Below, piece after piece: positions 21,471 through 31,105 of a DNA stretch of 64,000 bases. The stretch lies in NCBI GenBank assembly GCA_012522795.1, contig JAAYJT010000070.1:26983-90982 (forward strand), given 5' to 3'. Made by a program: the position numbers and the translations under genes. The notes beneath the pieces were generated by a model. The model searched no databases. It saw only the letters and a list, made by a program, of their open reading frames with translations, and was not told the DNA's origin. The stretch comes from Bacteroidales bacterium (GTDB lineage Bacteria; Bacteroidota; Bacteroidia; Bacteroidales; JAAYJT01). Positions within the stretch are counted from its first letter, which is position 1. Every line of letters begins with the position of its first letter.

Positions 21471-22499
21471 ATGAAAAAATCTGATTTGCTGAAGGATGAA
21501 ATAAAGCATATTGATATAAAAAGCTTTGATTCAACCCAACTGATCAATGCCATGCGCGATATGTCGTTTACATCGCGTGATACTGCTAATGCTACCGATA
21601 TCTTTGATCTGATGATCAATGATAAGGATTGCTCAATTATCCTTACTATGGCAGGAAGTACCAGTGCCGGAGGATGTATGCAGATTTATGTGGATATGAT
21701 AAAAAGCAATATGATTGACGCTGTGGTAGCTACCGGTGCCAGCATAATTGATATGGACTTTTTTGAAGCCCTGGGATTTAAGCATTATAAGGGCAGGTCT
21801 GATATGGATGATAAAATGTTGCGCGACCTCTATATTGACCGGATCTACGATACCCTGATTGACGAAGAACAACTGCAAATGTGCGATAACACTGTGTATG
21901 AAATTGCTGATCAGCTTGAACGCAGACCATATTCATCACGTGAATTCATTCATGAAATGGGGAAATGGCTGGTGAACAATCCCAATAAAGCTGTTAAAAA
22001 AGATTCGTTGATCCAGGTTGCTTACGAACATAATGTGCCAATATTCTGCCCCGCTTTTTCTGACAGCAGCGCCGGTTTCGGACTGGTAAGACATCAATGG
22101 GAAAATCCTGACAAGCACCTGAGCATTGATTCAGTAGCCGATTTCCTGGAACTCACAAAAATAAAGATGGCTGCTTCCACTACAGGATTGTTTATGATTG
22201 GAGGTGGTGTTCCTAAAAATTTCACTCAGGATATAGTTATATGTGCTGAAGTTCTTGGAAAGAATGTGCCAATGCATAAATATGCCATTCAGATCACCGT
22301 TGCTGATGCCCGCGATGGTGCCTGTTCAAGCTCTACGCTGAAAGAAGCCTCATCGTGGGGTAAGGTTGATACCGTACACGAACAAATGGTTTATGCCGAA
22401 GCTACTTCAGTGCTGCCTTTAATTGTAAGTTATCTGTATCATAAAGGCGACTGGAGAAAACGTAAGAAATACGAATGGTCGAAACTATTCAAAAAATAA
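21471..22499 (+). CDS. Deoxyhypusine synthase-family protein (bacterial homospermidine-synthase-like)
   Basis: DHS-family strings MAGSTSAGG, VATGASIIDMDFFEALG and IGGGVPKNFTQD. It is the last gene of the polyamine operon. Confidence 0.8.
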   Translation: MKKSDLLKDEIKHIDIKSFDSTQLINAMRDMSFTSRDTANATDIFDLMINDKDCSIILTMAGSTSAGGCMQIYVDMIKSNMIDAVVATGASIIDMDFFEALGFKHYKGRSDMDDKMLRDLYIDRIYDTLIDEEQLQMCDNTVYEIADQLERRPYSSREFIHEMGKWLVNNPNKAVKKDSLIQVAYEHNVPIFCPAFSDSSAGFGLVRHQWENPDKHLSIDSVADFLELTKIKMAASTTGLFMIGGGVPKNFTQDIVICAEVLGKNVPMHKYAIQITVADARDGACSSSTLKEASSWGKVDTVHEQMVYAEATSVLPLIVSYLYHKGDWRKRKKYEWSKLFKK

Positions 22500-22511
22500 T
22501 CCAATAAAAAA

Positions 22512-22539
22512 GGCTGCCGATAATAAGGCAGCCTTTTTT
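22512..22539. terminator. Bidirectional rho-independent terminator between convergent genes
   Basis: The stem GGCTGCC (22512-22518) pairs with GGCAGCC (22527-22533) around an 8-nt loop. It is preceded by an A-run and followed by TTTTTT. Confidence 0.6.
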
Positions 22540-22564
22540 GTTGATACGGGTTTCTTAACTCATT

Positions 22565-23275
22565 TTACTGTTTTATGAGCTTGTCAACTCCCACTTCTTT
22601 ACCTCTCAAAACTCTTATTAGATAAACCCCATCAGGTCTGCCTCTCAAATCAAACTCATATTTTTGCTTGCCTGCAAACTGAGTCTGAACTATAAGCTCG
22701 CCTATGAGAGAGTAGATATCAACCGTTATAGCTGTTGTTTCCTCTGCATCGTTTAATTGCAGGGTAAAAGTACCTGCTGTAGGGTTGGGGAAGAGGGAGA
22801 AGAAAGATCGTTCCTTTGATAAATATTGGTTATATCCTGTTCTCTCATTTTCAATATCAAAAGCTGCAATTAAACTTTTGCTAATAGAACAGAATTGTCC
22901 TGTAGTATCAATGAAAGCCCAGAATTGTGCTCCACTTTCAATATAACTTTGCGCCTGAATATTTATCATTTCACCTGCCACAAGATTCAATCTATTGCCA
23001 GGTTCAACAGTAAGGTCAGTAACAACTATTGTTTGCAATGCCTCAAAGCAAGTATCAGCTCCACCTGTGATATTAAGGTACTCAATAAATAAATCAGGTA
23101 TAATATTTCTTGTATCAAATGTAAACAAGCCAGAATATCCTATGAAATCTAAATTAGTATTTCTTGTATCAAACGTAAACAAACTGGAATAACCTACTAT
23201 AGTTTGGGCATAAAGCCCGGAAAGAGCAAGCATCTTTGCAATAAGCAATGTAGTTATGTGTCTTTTTAATTTCAT
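22565..23275 (-). CDS. Secreted protein with T9SS (Por) C-terminal sorting domain
   Basis: N-terminal signal peptide. The C-terminus LFPNPTAGTFTLQL...IYSLIGELI...GVYLIRV is the typical T9SS CTD. An internal 18-aa tandem repeat is present (GYSSLFTFDTRNTNLDFI / GYSGLFTFDTRNIIPDLF). Confidence 0.7.
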   Translation of the reverse strand: MKLKRHITTLLIAKMLALSGLYAQTIVGYSSLFTFDTRNTNLDFIGYSGLFTFDTRNIIPDLFIEYLNITGGADTCFEALQTIVVTDLTVEPGNRLNLVAGEMINIQAQSYIESGAQFWAFIDTTGQFCSISKSLIAAFDIENERTGYNQYLSKERSFFSLFPNPTAGTFTLQLNDAEETTAITVDIYSLIGELIVQTQFAGKQKYEFDLRGRPDGVYLIRVLRGKEVGVDKLIKQ

Positions 23276-23336
23276 ATTGTATTTTTTAATATGAGTTAGC
23301 CCTATACCTCAATAATATAATGATTTTTCAAATAAT

Positions 23337-24305
23337 CTAATCCCTCAGGCACCTTACGCTATAACCGTCTGCCTTGCCGTGGTTGCTGCGGTACACGTAG
23401 CCGTTATTGCAGTACATATTCCGGTCCCAGGCGGTCGTTGACGAGTTCTCATTGGAACTCCACCAGTGACCGTCGTTCCCAATGTTGCTGAAACTTCCAT
23501 TGCTATTACGGTAGCCGCCAGGAAGTGCCGAAAAGCCAAACTCATCAAAACCGTGATAAGTAATATGTGAATTCCATCGCGGATGTTCAGATGTGGCACA
23601 ATCTCCACCCAAAGGCGAGTTTACCTGACGGCAGGACTTAAGAGCATTACCGGCACCATTTGTAGTACTGCTATTAGGGTATCCCTGTAAAACCACATAA
23701 TAAACCAATTGGCTCCATTCGTTATCGCTTGGTAAATGCCAACCGACCGGACATACGGTAAGAGCTGCATTCCAGGTGTATAACCTGCCATATGCTGCAC
23801 AGTTTAAAGGGTCATACCCATAACAGTAGCTATTGTCAGCATTGTAATTAAGGTTTCCCTTCATCCAGCACTGGTCGCCAATTTGCACAGTATTATATGT
23901 CTGCCCATCGCGGGGATCAGTAAATGTAGGCATGCCCGGGCATGGTATTCCGCCTGCAATTTCCGCTGTAGCAATTAGCTTCAGCCTTGTTTGTGTGCTA
24001 TAGGTGTTCGGAAAACTCCCCAGACCATCCCAAACAACATATTTATTATTCCCCGGATTTATTCCTACAATACTGCCGCTTAAAAATCCAGGTTCTATAG
24101 GCGTGTATGTGCTTCCACCATTAAAACTTACATTAATATTAATATTGTAGTATGTGCTGGTAGGTCCTGTGAGATTAAAAAATATATCCACAAGTCCGCT
24201 TCCATCGCCGCGCTGCTGAACAGACGTTACAACTATAGCATTGTTTTGTGCTACACAAAACAATGCTGCAAACATTAAAACAATGGTAAGAATTGATTTT
24301 TTCAT
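23337..24305 (-). CDS. FISUMP (Fibrobacter succinogenes major paralogous) domain protein, secreted
   Basis: Contains FTDPRDGQTYNTVQIGDQCWMKGNLNY, YGRLYTWNAA, CPVGWHLPSDNEWSQL and a C-terminal SVRCLRD. The ATG at 24305 gives the signal peptide MKKSILTIVLMFAALFCVAQ. The ORF-track start at 24350 is TTG. Confidence 0.75.
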   Translation of the reverse strand: MKKSILTIVLMFAALFCVAQNNAIVVTSVQQRGDGSGLVDIFFNLTGPTSTYYNININVSFNGGSTYTPIEPGFLSGSIVGINPGNNKYVVWDGLGSFPNTYSTQTRLKLIATAEIAGGIPCPGMPTFTDPRDGQTYNTVQIGDQCWMKGNLNYNADNSYCYGYDPLNCAAYGRLYTWNAALTVCPVGWHLPSDNEWSQLVYYVVLQGYPNSSTTNGAGNALKSCRQVNSPLGGDCATSEHPRWNSHITYHGFDEFGFSALPGGYRNSNGSFSNIGNDGHWWSSNENSSTTAWDRNMYCNNGYVYRSNHGKADGYSVRCLRD

Positions 24306-24658
24306 GGATTTAAAAATTTTCAGGTAATAAACGACATATGATTTCAGCAATATAATTCATGGTTTTGTGCCTGTAAAAACAGAACATAAAGTAGCCAAAA
24401 CCAAGAAATTGTATTGAAAAGATCGTAATTAACTGTAGTTTATAATCATTCTAAAGAAGTATCACAGTCTAATGGCTTGACGTATCAAATGGTTCTCACC
24501 TTATAATGCTTTATGAAATTTGAGCATTCCAAACTCCTATAAAATTGTGTTAAAGGTTTAACATCCGGCTTTGTTTGCTTTATTTTTTATTGGTTTACAA
24601 ATACCCCTGTTCATCAAATTCTCCGTACCTTGCAGCGCTAATCAAAACATACTAAATA

Positions 24659-27600
24659 ATGAATAAACTAACCTCAAAACTCTTTGCTGTCATACTTGTA
24701 TTATGTATGACTACTTATGTTAAAGCGCAGGATGAAGCCCGCCTGATGCGTTTTCCTGACATCAGCCAAAACCTGATAACTTTTGTATATGCAGGCGATA
24801 TATGGACTGTTAATGCCAATGGCGGCGATGCCCGCCGGCTTACTTCCCATGAAGGGCTGGAGCTTTTTCCAAAAATTTCGCCCGATGGGAAATGGATAGC
24901 TTTTTCGGCTGAATATTCCGGAAGCCGTCAGATATGGGTCATGCCCTCAAAAGGTGGTCAGGCAAAGCAACTTACCTATTACAATTCAGTAGGTATGATG
25001 CCTCCGCGTGGTGGTTTTGATAATGTAGTTCTGGAATGGACCCCTGATAGCAAACAAATCCTTATACGTGCCAACCGGACAACTTTTGGCGAGAGACAAG
25101 GTAAATATTTTCTTGTAAACCTGGATGGCGGACTTGAAAAACCACTTCAGATAGTAAATGGTGGATTTGCAGCATTATCACCCGATACAAAAAAGATATG
25201 TTTCACCCCTGTTGATCGTGAATTTCGTACCTGGAAACGCTATAAGGGAGGTCGTGCCACCGATTTATGGATTTATGATCTGGAAAAAAATACTTCAGAA
25301 CAAATTACTGATTTTGCCGGAAGCGACCAATGGCCTGTATGGTTTGGAAAAAATATTTATTTCACCTCCGACCGCGATCTGAGACTGAACATTTATCGCT
25401 ATGACACTCAAACCAAAGAAATAAAGCAACTGACCTTTCACAAGGAATTTGATGTGATGTGGCCATCGGGGAAAAATGGAAAAATTGTTTATGAAAACGG
25501 TGGTTATCTGTATGTTTTGGATCTTTCGTCCGAAAAAACCGAAAAAATCAGAGTAAACATAAACTTCGACAATCCTAATCTGGCTTCATACTTTAAAAAT
25601 GTAAAAGACGATATTCATAGTTTCTCGGTTTCTCCGTCAGGCAAGCGTGCCTTGTTCGATGCCAGAGGCGATATTTTCTCGGTTCCTGCCGAAAATGGCG
25701 TTATTGAGAACCTTACCGAAACTCAGGGCATTCGTGAAATTTATCCTTCATGGTCTCCTAACGGGAAATACATTTCACATTACTCTGATGCCAGCGGCGA
25801 ATACGAAATTTATCTGCTTGAAAACAAGCGTTATGCCAAACCCCGTCAGCTTACCTTTAATTCTTCAGCATGGAAATACGAACCTGAATGGTCGCCCGAC
25901 AGCCGCTATCTTGCCTACAGCGACCGCACCCTGAAACTTTGGTTAATTGACGTGGAAAGCGGAAAACAAACTGAAGTAGATCATGCTACATTTAATGAGA
26001 TCCGGTCTTTTAACTTCTCGCCCGACAGCGAATGGATCACCTACGACAAAGAATCGGAAAACGGACTATCAGCAGTGTGGGTTTATCATATTCCAACGGC
26101 AACGGCTACACAACTCACTAACGATGATTTCAGCGACCGCATGCCTGTATTCGGGAAATGTGGCAAATTCCTGTTTTTTGTTTCAAACCGTGATTTCAAT
26201 CTGACTTTCTCAAGCTTTGAATTTGATTACCTCTACACCAAAGCCGCCAAAATTTATGCTGTGGCACTGATGAATGATGGTTCGAAACTTTTTAAAGACA
26301 AAACTGACACTGAACCGGTAAACGAGGACAAAAAAGCTGAGGAGCCGGCTAAAGGTTCGAAGCCAAAAACAAAAGATGAACCGGCAAAAAGTGAGGAAAA
26401 ACCAAAAGTAAAAATTGATTTCACAGGTATAAACAACAGAATTGAAGCTTTTCCACTGCCTGCCGGCAATTATCGTATGATCGGTCCTGCCGATGGTGGA
26501 TTATTGTATATCAGCGATGGAAAACTTATGCGCTATAATGCCGGCGAAAGGAAAGCCGAAGAAATAATGGACAGGGTTTTCTGGGCAGAACCTACAGCCG
26601 ATGGCAAACAGTTTATGTATCGCTCAGGCGACAGCTATGGTATTGCAAAAGTAGCTCCAAACCAAAAAGCCGGTGCCGGTAAACTCAATCTTGATCAGAT
26701 GGATATGAAAATTGATCCGCGCAAGGAATGGGATCAGATATACCGTGACGGCTGGAGAATTTTTCGCGATTATTTCTATGTCAACAATATGCATGGCGTT
26801 GATTGGGAAGGACTTAAGCAAAATTATGGCGCTATGCTTCCTTTTATAGGACATCGTTTTGATCTGGATTATATAATTAACGAAATAATCTCAGAAACCA
26901 ATGCCGGACATGCTTATGGCGACTGGGGCGATTTTCCTCGCGTAAAACGTATTGACAACGGATTGTTAGGAGCCGAACTCGAAGCTGACGAAAACGCCAA
27001 ACGTTACCGGATCACAAAAATATATGCCGGCGAAAACTGGAATCCTGCGCGCCGCTCACCTCTTACCGAAGCCGGAGTTAATGTTAAAGAAGGTGATTAT
27101 CTGATCAGTATCAACGGAAAAGAGATAATCACAAAAGATAATCCGTACATGTTTCTTGAAAATCTGGCAGGACAAAGGGTTGAAATTGCGGTAAATTCAA
27201 AACCACTTACTGATGGCGCACAAATATCTACAATTACCACCCTTAGCAGCGAACAGGAATTAAAATATTATAACTGGGTGATTGAACGGCGTGAAATGGT
27301 TGATAAGCTCTCAGGTGGACGTATTGGCTACATCCATGTTCCAAATACTGCACAGGAAGGCAACCGCGAGCTTTACCGCGGCATGTATGCTTTCCATAAC
27401 AAAGAAGCTCTGATAATTGACGATCGTTATAATGGTGGAGGATATATTCCTGACCGCCTGATTGACCTGCTCGACCGGCGTACTCTCAACTACTGGCACC
27501 GTGACGGGTTATTGCCCAGCAAAGCTTCTGCCGTAGCACATGATGGACCTAAAGTAATGCTGATAAATGGTTATTCTTCATCCGGCGGAGATGCGCTGCC

Positions 27601-27943
27601 ATATTATTTTAAGAAAACAGGGCAGGGTAAGCTCATTGGAACCCGAACCTGGGGAGGATTAATAGGAATTTCAGGAAATGCCCGCCTGGTGGATGGCGGA
27701 TATATATCGGTTCCAAGATTTGGTATCTTTGATGAAAATGAGCAATGGATAATCGAAGGTATTGGCGTTTATCCTGATATTGAAGTTATTGACCGTCCTG
27801 AAAAACTGGCAGCAGGAATTGATCCCGGAATTGAAAAAGCGGTGGAAGTGCTGTTGAAAGAACTGGAAGCTAATCCGGTGAAGAAAATAAAACCACCTGC
27901 CCCACCCGACAGAAGTAAATGGATTGAGGTAGAAATAGAATAA
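24659..27943 (+). CDS. Tricorn-protease-like S41 peptidase (beta-propellers + PDZ + S41 catalytic domain)
   Basis: 1094 aa with a signal peptide. Repeated WD40-like/TolB-like SPDGK/SPDS propeller motifs, a PDZ-like segment, and S41-type strings IIDDRYNGGGYI and GYSSSGGDALPY. Confidence 0.85.
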   Translation: MNKLTSKLFAVILVLCMTTYVKAQDEARLMRFPDISQNLITFVYAGDIWTVNANGGDARRLTSHEGLELFPKISPDGKWIAFSAEYSGSRQIWVMPSKGGQAKQLTYYNSVGMMPPRGGFDNVVLEWTPDSKQILIRANRTTFGERQGKYFLVNLDGGLEKPLQIVNGGFAALSPDTKKICFTPVDREFRTWKRYKGGRATDLWIYDLEKNTSEQITDFAGSDQWPVWFGKNIYFTSDRDLRLNIYRYDTQTKEIKQLTFHKEFDVMWPSGKNGKIVYENGGYLYVLDLSSEKTEKIRVNINFDNPNLASYFKNVKDDIHSFSVSPSGKRALFDARGDIFSVPAENGVIENLTETQGIREIYPSWSPNGKYISHYSDASGEYEIYLLENKRYAKPRQLTFNSSAWKYEPEWSPDSRYLAYSDRTLKLWLIDVESGKQTEVDHATFNEIRSFNFSPDSEWITYDKESENGLSAVWVYHIPTATATQLTNDDFSDRMPVFGKCGKFLFFVSNRDFNLTFSSFEFDYLYTKAAKIYAVALMNDGSKLFKDKTDTEPVNEDKKAEEPAKGSKPKTKDEPAKSEEKPKVKIDFTGINNRIEAFPLPAGNYRMIGPADGGLLYISDGKLMRYNAGERKAEEIMDRVFWAEPTADGKQFMYRSGDSYGIAKVAPNQKAGAGKLNLDQMDMKIDPRKEWDQIYRDGWRIFRDYFYVNNMHGVDWEGLKQNYGAMLPFIGHRFDLDYIINEIISETNAGHAYGDWGDFPRVKRIDNGLLGAELEADENAKRYRITKIYAGENWNPARRSPLTEAGVNVKEGDYLISINGKEIITKDNPYMFLENLAGQRVEIAVNSKPLTDGAQISTITTLSSEQELKYYNWVIERREMVDKLSGGRIGYIHVPNTAQEGNRELYRGMYAFHNKEALIIDDRYNGGGYIPDRLIDLLDRRTLNYWHRDGLLPSKASAVAHDGPKVMLINGYSSSGGDALPYYFKKTGQGKLIGTRTWGGLIGISGNARLVDGGYISVPRFGIFDENEQWIIEGIGVYPDIEVIDRPEKLAAGIDPGIEKAVEVLLKELEANPVKKIKPPAPPDRSKWIEVEIE

Positions 27944-27960
27944 TGCATGCAAAGATCGGT

Positions 27961-27984
27961 TTTTCAAAAGCCTTGGCTTTTGAA
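27961..27984. terminator. Hairpin between convergent tricorn-like protease and TolC genes
   Basis: TTTCAAAAGCC (27961-27971) is complementary to GGCTTTTGAAA (27974-27984). The effective stem is ~9 bp with a 4-nt loop, in T/A-rich flanks. Confidence 0.5.
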
Positions 27985-28014
27985 AGTTGGTCTGTTATAT
28001 TTTTCCAATCGGTA

Positions 28015-29502
28015 TTATTCGTACTTTTCTTCGTCAAACTCCAGTTGCCGGTTACTCAGGAAATCAAAATGAGTGAGGCGTCTGAGTTCATAATAATTCC
28101 GCCAGTAGCTGTGTAATGCTGAAATATAGCCAAGTGCGGCATTATCTTTCTCAGTCTGTGCCATGTTTAATTCTATTATCCCTATCTTACCTATCAGGTA
28201 GCGCTGTTTTGTTACCTCATAACGCTTAAGTGCAACGGTATCGCTGCGGGCGGCTATCATAAGCTGATTTTGCTGCATGTTGAACTGCTTGACCTTCAGA
28301 TTTACTTCCTGGTCAAAATCAATCTGTTCCTGCTCAACTGATGTTTTTACAAGCTCTCTGCTCGATTCAGCCATTTTAATTTTCCCTTTTGAAAGCCCCC
28401 AGTCAAGTATAGGAACCTGAACACCAATTGTTAACCTTTGCTGATCCTGTGGGTTAAGATAAGCATTCTTAAGCTCTTCAGCACTTTGGGTCAAACCATA
28501 TACTGCATAAAGATTGGCATTGAACCGGCTGTCCAGTCTGGCCTTGCTGAGTTCACTTTCGGCTTCAATGAGGCGGCGCTCAAAGCCAAGCGCTGAAGCT
28601 CTGTTGTTACGTGCCTGATTTATAGCCTGCTCGGGCTCAATAATAAGGGCTGAAGTTTCGTAAGGAGGTAAAAGTTCAATTATAATTTCCTCAGGAAGGC
28701 GAAGATAGGATTTAAGGTTGAACTCCTTGGTTTCAAGGTCTAATTGCGAATTTTCAAGATTAGCACGGGAATTCAGCAGATTCAGTTCGGTTTGCAATAA
28801 TTCATTTTCGGCAATAGTTCCCATATTGAACCTTCCCTGTGCTATCTGAAAAAGAGTATCGTTGTTTGCCGTGTTCAGCTTCTGAATCTGGTTCTGTATT
28901 TGAGCCATCAGCAGATCGAAAAAATAATTAATGGTAGTGATAGCAGTAGCTTCCAGGTCTTCCACATAACGGCGCTGAGCTTCATTAAATCTCAGCGGTT
29001 CTGTTTTACGGCTCCAGCGAAACTGATTATATGCAAACAAAGGCTGACGAAATCCGATATTCAGCGGAGTGGATAAATATGAGGTTATTGTAGAATCGGC
29101 AAACAGGTCAATACGTTGCAGATTTGTATTTAAAAATATCTGACCGCCTGTAAACCCAATGTTTTTGGCAAGTGAAAGGTTCATACTTGAACTGAGATAC
29201 CGTCTTTCACGAAAGGCTTCGCTTCCGTCAGGCTGTGTGATCCGGTCAATTGAACGGTTAAGTTCAGGTATCGTAGCATCGAGGTTAAGCATAGGCATAA
29301 ATCCTGCTTTATGTGTTCGAAACTGCCAATAACTGTTGCGATAGCGATGGCGAGCCATCATTGCCTCAGGCGATTGCCTTACAGCAAATACGATAGCATC
29401 CTCAAGAGAGAGCTTAATTATATTTTGTTGAGCAAAAACACTAAAATCAGAAATAGCTAAAAATGCTAAAAGTAATGCAACGAAAGAATTTTGTTTTATC
29501 AC
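28015..29502 (-). CDS. TolC-family outer-membrane efflux protein
   Basis: 495 aa with a signal peptide (GTG start). Two long coiled-coil/OEP repeats typical of TolC-like proteins. Same strand as the upstream MFP and permease genes. Confidence 0.85.
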   Translation of the reverse strand: MIKQNSFVALLLAFLAISDFSVFAQQNIIKLSLEDAIVFAVRQSPEAMMARHRYRNSYWQFRTHKAGFMPMLNLDATIPELNRSIDRITQPDGSEAFRERRYLSSSMNLSLAKNIGFTGGQIFLNTNLQRIDLFADSTITSYLSTPLNIGFRQPLFAYNQFRWSRKTEPLRFNEAQRRYVEDLEATAITTINYFFDLLMAQIQNQIQKLNTANNDTLFQIAQGRFNMGTIAENELLQTELNLLNSRANLENSQLDLETKEFNLKSYLRLPEEIIIELLPPYETSALIIEPEQAINQARNNRASALGFERRLIEAESELSKARLDSRFNANLYAVYGLTQSAEELKNAYLNPQDQQRLTIGVQVPILDWGLSKGKIKMAESSRELVKTSVEQEQIDFDQEVNLKVKQFNMQQNQLMIAARSDTVALKRYEVTKQRYLIGKIGIIELNMAQTEKDNAALGYISALHSYWRNYYELRRLTHFDFLSNRQLEFDEEKYE

Positions 29503-30025
29503 AGCAGTATTTTTTAATATAAATCTCAGAAGAAAAGATACTTAAAGCACATATTTTGGTTGTCTAAACGAAAGATTTCAAAGATTATGTTAAATTTTTT
29601 AATTCGCTCCTAAAATTATCCTTGATATAAACAAAAAGATAAAAAGCTATAGAAATTAAAATCAGGCAGATAATTGCACCTACTGTTAAGCCTCCAAGAA
29701 TTGTTAATGATAATTTGCAACCGTGCCTTTAAAACTAATTTAAAGTATACGATAATAATCAATAAATTTAATTGCCCCTTCTTATTGCAATGAGATAATA
29801 ACTCCCTCATAATTTCTGGCGAACATTAATTAGTTTAATAAGTTTCAAAAGTTGTAAACTGAAATAATGTATATCTTAAAATGTTCTTGAATTACAGTTT
29901 ACCCTGAATACTGCTATCAACTCCTTATATATCAAAACTTAAACAATAAGCAATTCTTCTTTTACTTCTTTTTTGACTTTTCTTTATTTTTACCACATAT
30001 TATTCACCCTTGCCTCTAGTAAAAA

Positions 30026-31105
30026 TTATTTTGTAGGATTAATTTTCATATTGGGTTGTGAAATTTGTAAAGTTAATTGTTTTAGTGACGGTGCTTCAGT
30101 ATCTACAATTCTTTTGCCATGACTATTTGTTGATTTTTTTATTGTCCCTTTTTTATTTTCAATCTCATTTTTTTCAAAATCTAATTCCTGCGGTAATAAG
30201 CTTTTATCAACTAATTTTGATCGCTCAAAATCAATATTTCTTAAAGGATTCGGTATTGAGAAGTATTTTGCAAGATCATCCCAGTCATTATTTCTAATTG
30301 TAATAATATCGTTCAGATAAAAACTCACCCAGTTTTCACCTATTTTAAAATTAGATTCCGTTCTATTTAGTTTTTGCTGTGATATTTCAACATATTTTTT
30401 GTCTAATTCAAACCCTAAATATTTTCTGCCAAGTCGTTTTGCTGAAATAGCTGTAGTACCAGTTCCTGAAAATGGGTCAAGTACAATATCATTCTCATCA
30501 GTAGTCATTAGAATTAATCTATCCATTAAATGAATAGGCAACTGACAAGGATGAGGGTCTCTTTTTGAGTTATGCTTTATTCTATGAATATCAGTCCATA
30601 CATCAGAAACCAATGGGCCAAATGGATGAAGCTGGTCTTTTTTTCCACCATAATCTTTCAATAAATAACGTTGTTTTCTATCACGTTTATGTGGATACCT
30701 TAATTCATAAATTTTTGAACCTTTAGCTTCTTTGGTATAGAATAATATACCATAATGGGCTGGTTGTAAAGATTTTCCCATAGGAGCAGTCGGAGCATCC
30801 CATGAAATCCAATGTTTAAAATTTGCAAATCTATTTAGATAAGTAGCGTAATAAGTTAGCCACTTGGGGATATTATGAAGGAAAATTGAGCCAGTAGGTT
30901 TTGTAACTCTAACCATTTCTGATATCCATTTTTCACACCAATCAAGATACTCTTGAAACTCCAGGCTATCGCCATAACTGGTGTAGTTCTTTCTTAAATT
31001 AAATGGAGGATCTGCGAAAGTCATATCAACAGAATTATCTGGAATATTCTTAAATAATTCGATACAATCTCCATTATGAATCTTATTTATATATTTGCTA
31101 ATCAT
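30026..31105 (-). CDS. Beta-class N4/N6 DNA methyltransferase (motif IV precedes motif I)
   Basis: DPPF motif IV near the N-terminus (nt 31001-31012). Motif I LDPFSGTGTTAISAKRLGRKYLGFELD lies ~180 aa later. The start overlaps the upstream gene stop by 4 nt (31102-31105). Confidence 0.85.
   Translation of the reverse strand: MISKYINKIHNGDCIELFKNIPDNSVDMTFADPPFNLRKNYTSYGDSLEFQEYLDWCEKWISEMVRVTKPTGSIFLHNIPKWLTYYATYLNRFANFKHWISWDAPTAPMGKSLQPAHYGILFYTKEAKGSKIYELRYPHKRDRKQRYLLKDYGGKKDQLHPFGPLVSDVWTDIHRIKHNSKRDPHPCQLPIHLMDRLILMTTDENDIVLDPFSGTGTTAISAKRLGRKYLGFELDKKYVEISQQKLNRTESNFKIGENWVSFYLNDIITIRNNDWDDLAKYFSIPNPLRNIDFERSKLVDKSLLPQELDFEKNEIENKKGTIKKSTNSHGKRIVDTEAPSLKQLTLQISQPNMKINPTK

Noticed and set aside
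29616-29810. 64-aa minus-strand ORF in the AT-rich spacer between TolC and the R-M cassette
   Set aside because: It has low complexity, no recognisable motif, and lies in very AT-rich DNA where chance ORFs are common. A TM-like frame nearby lacks a start codon. It is probably non-coding or a gene remnant.
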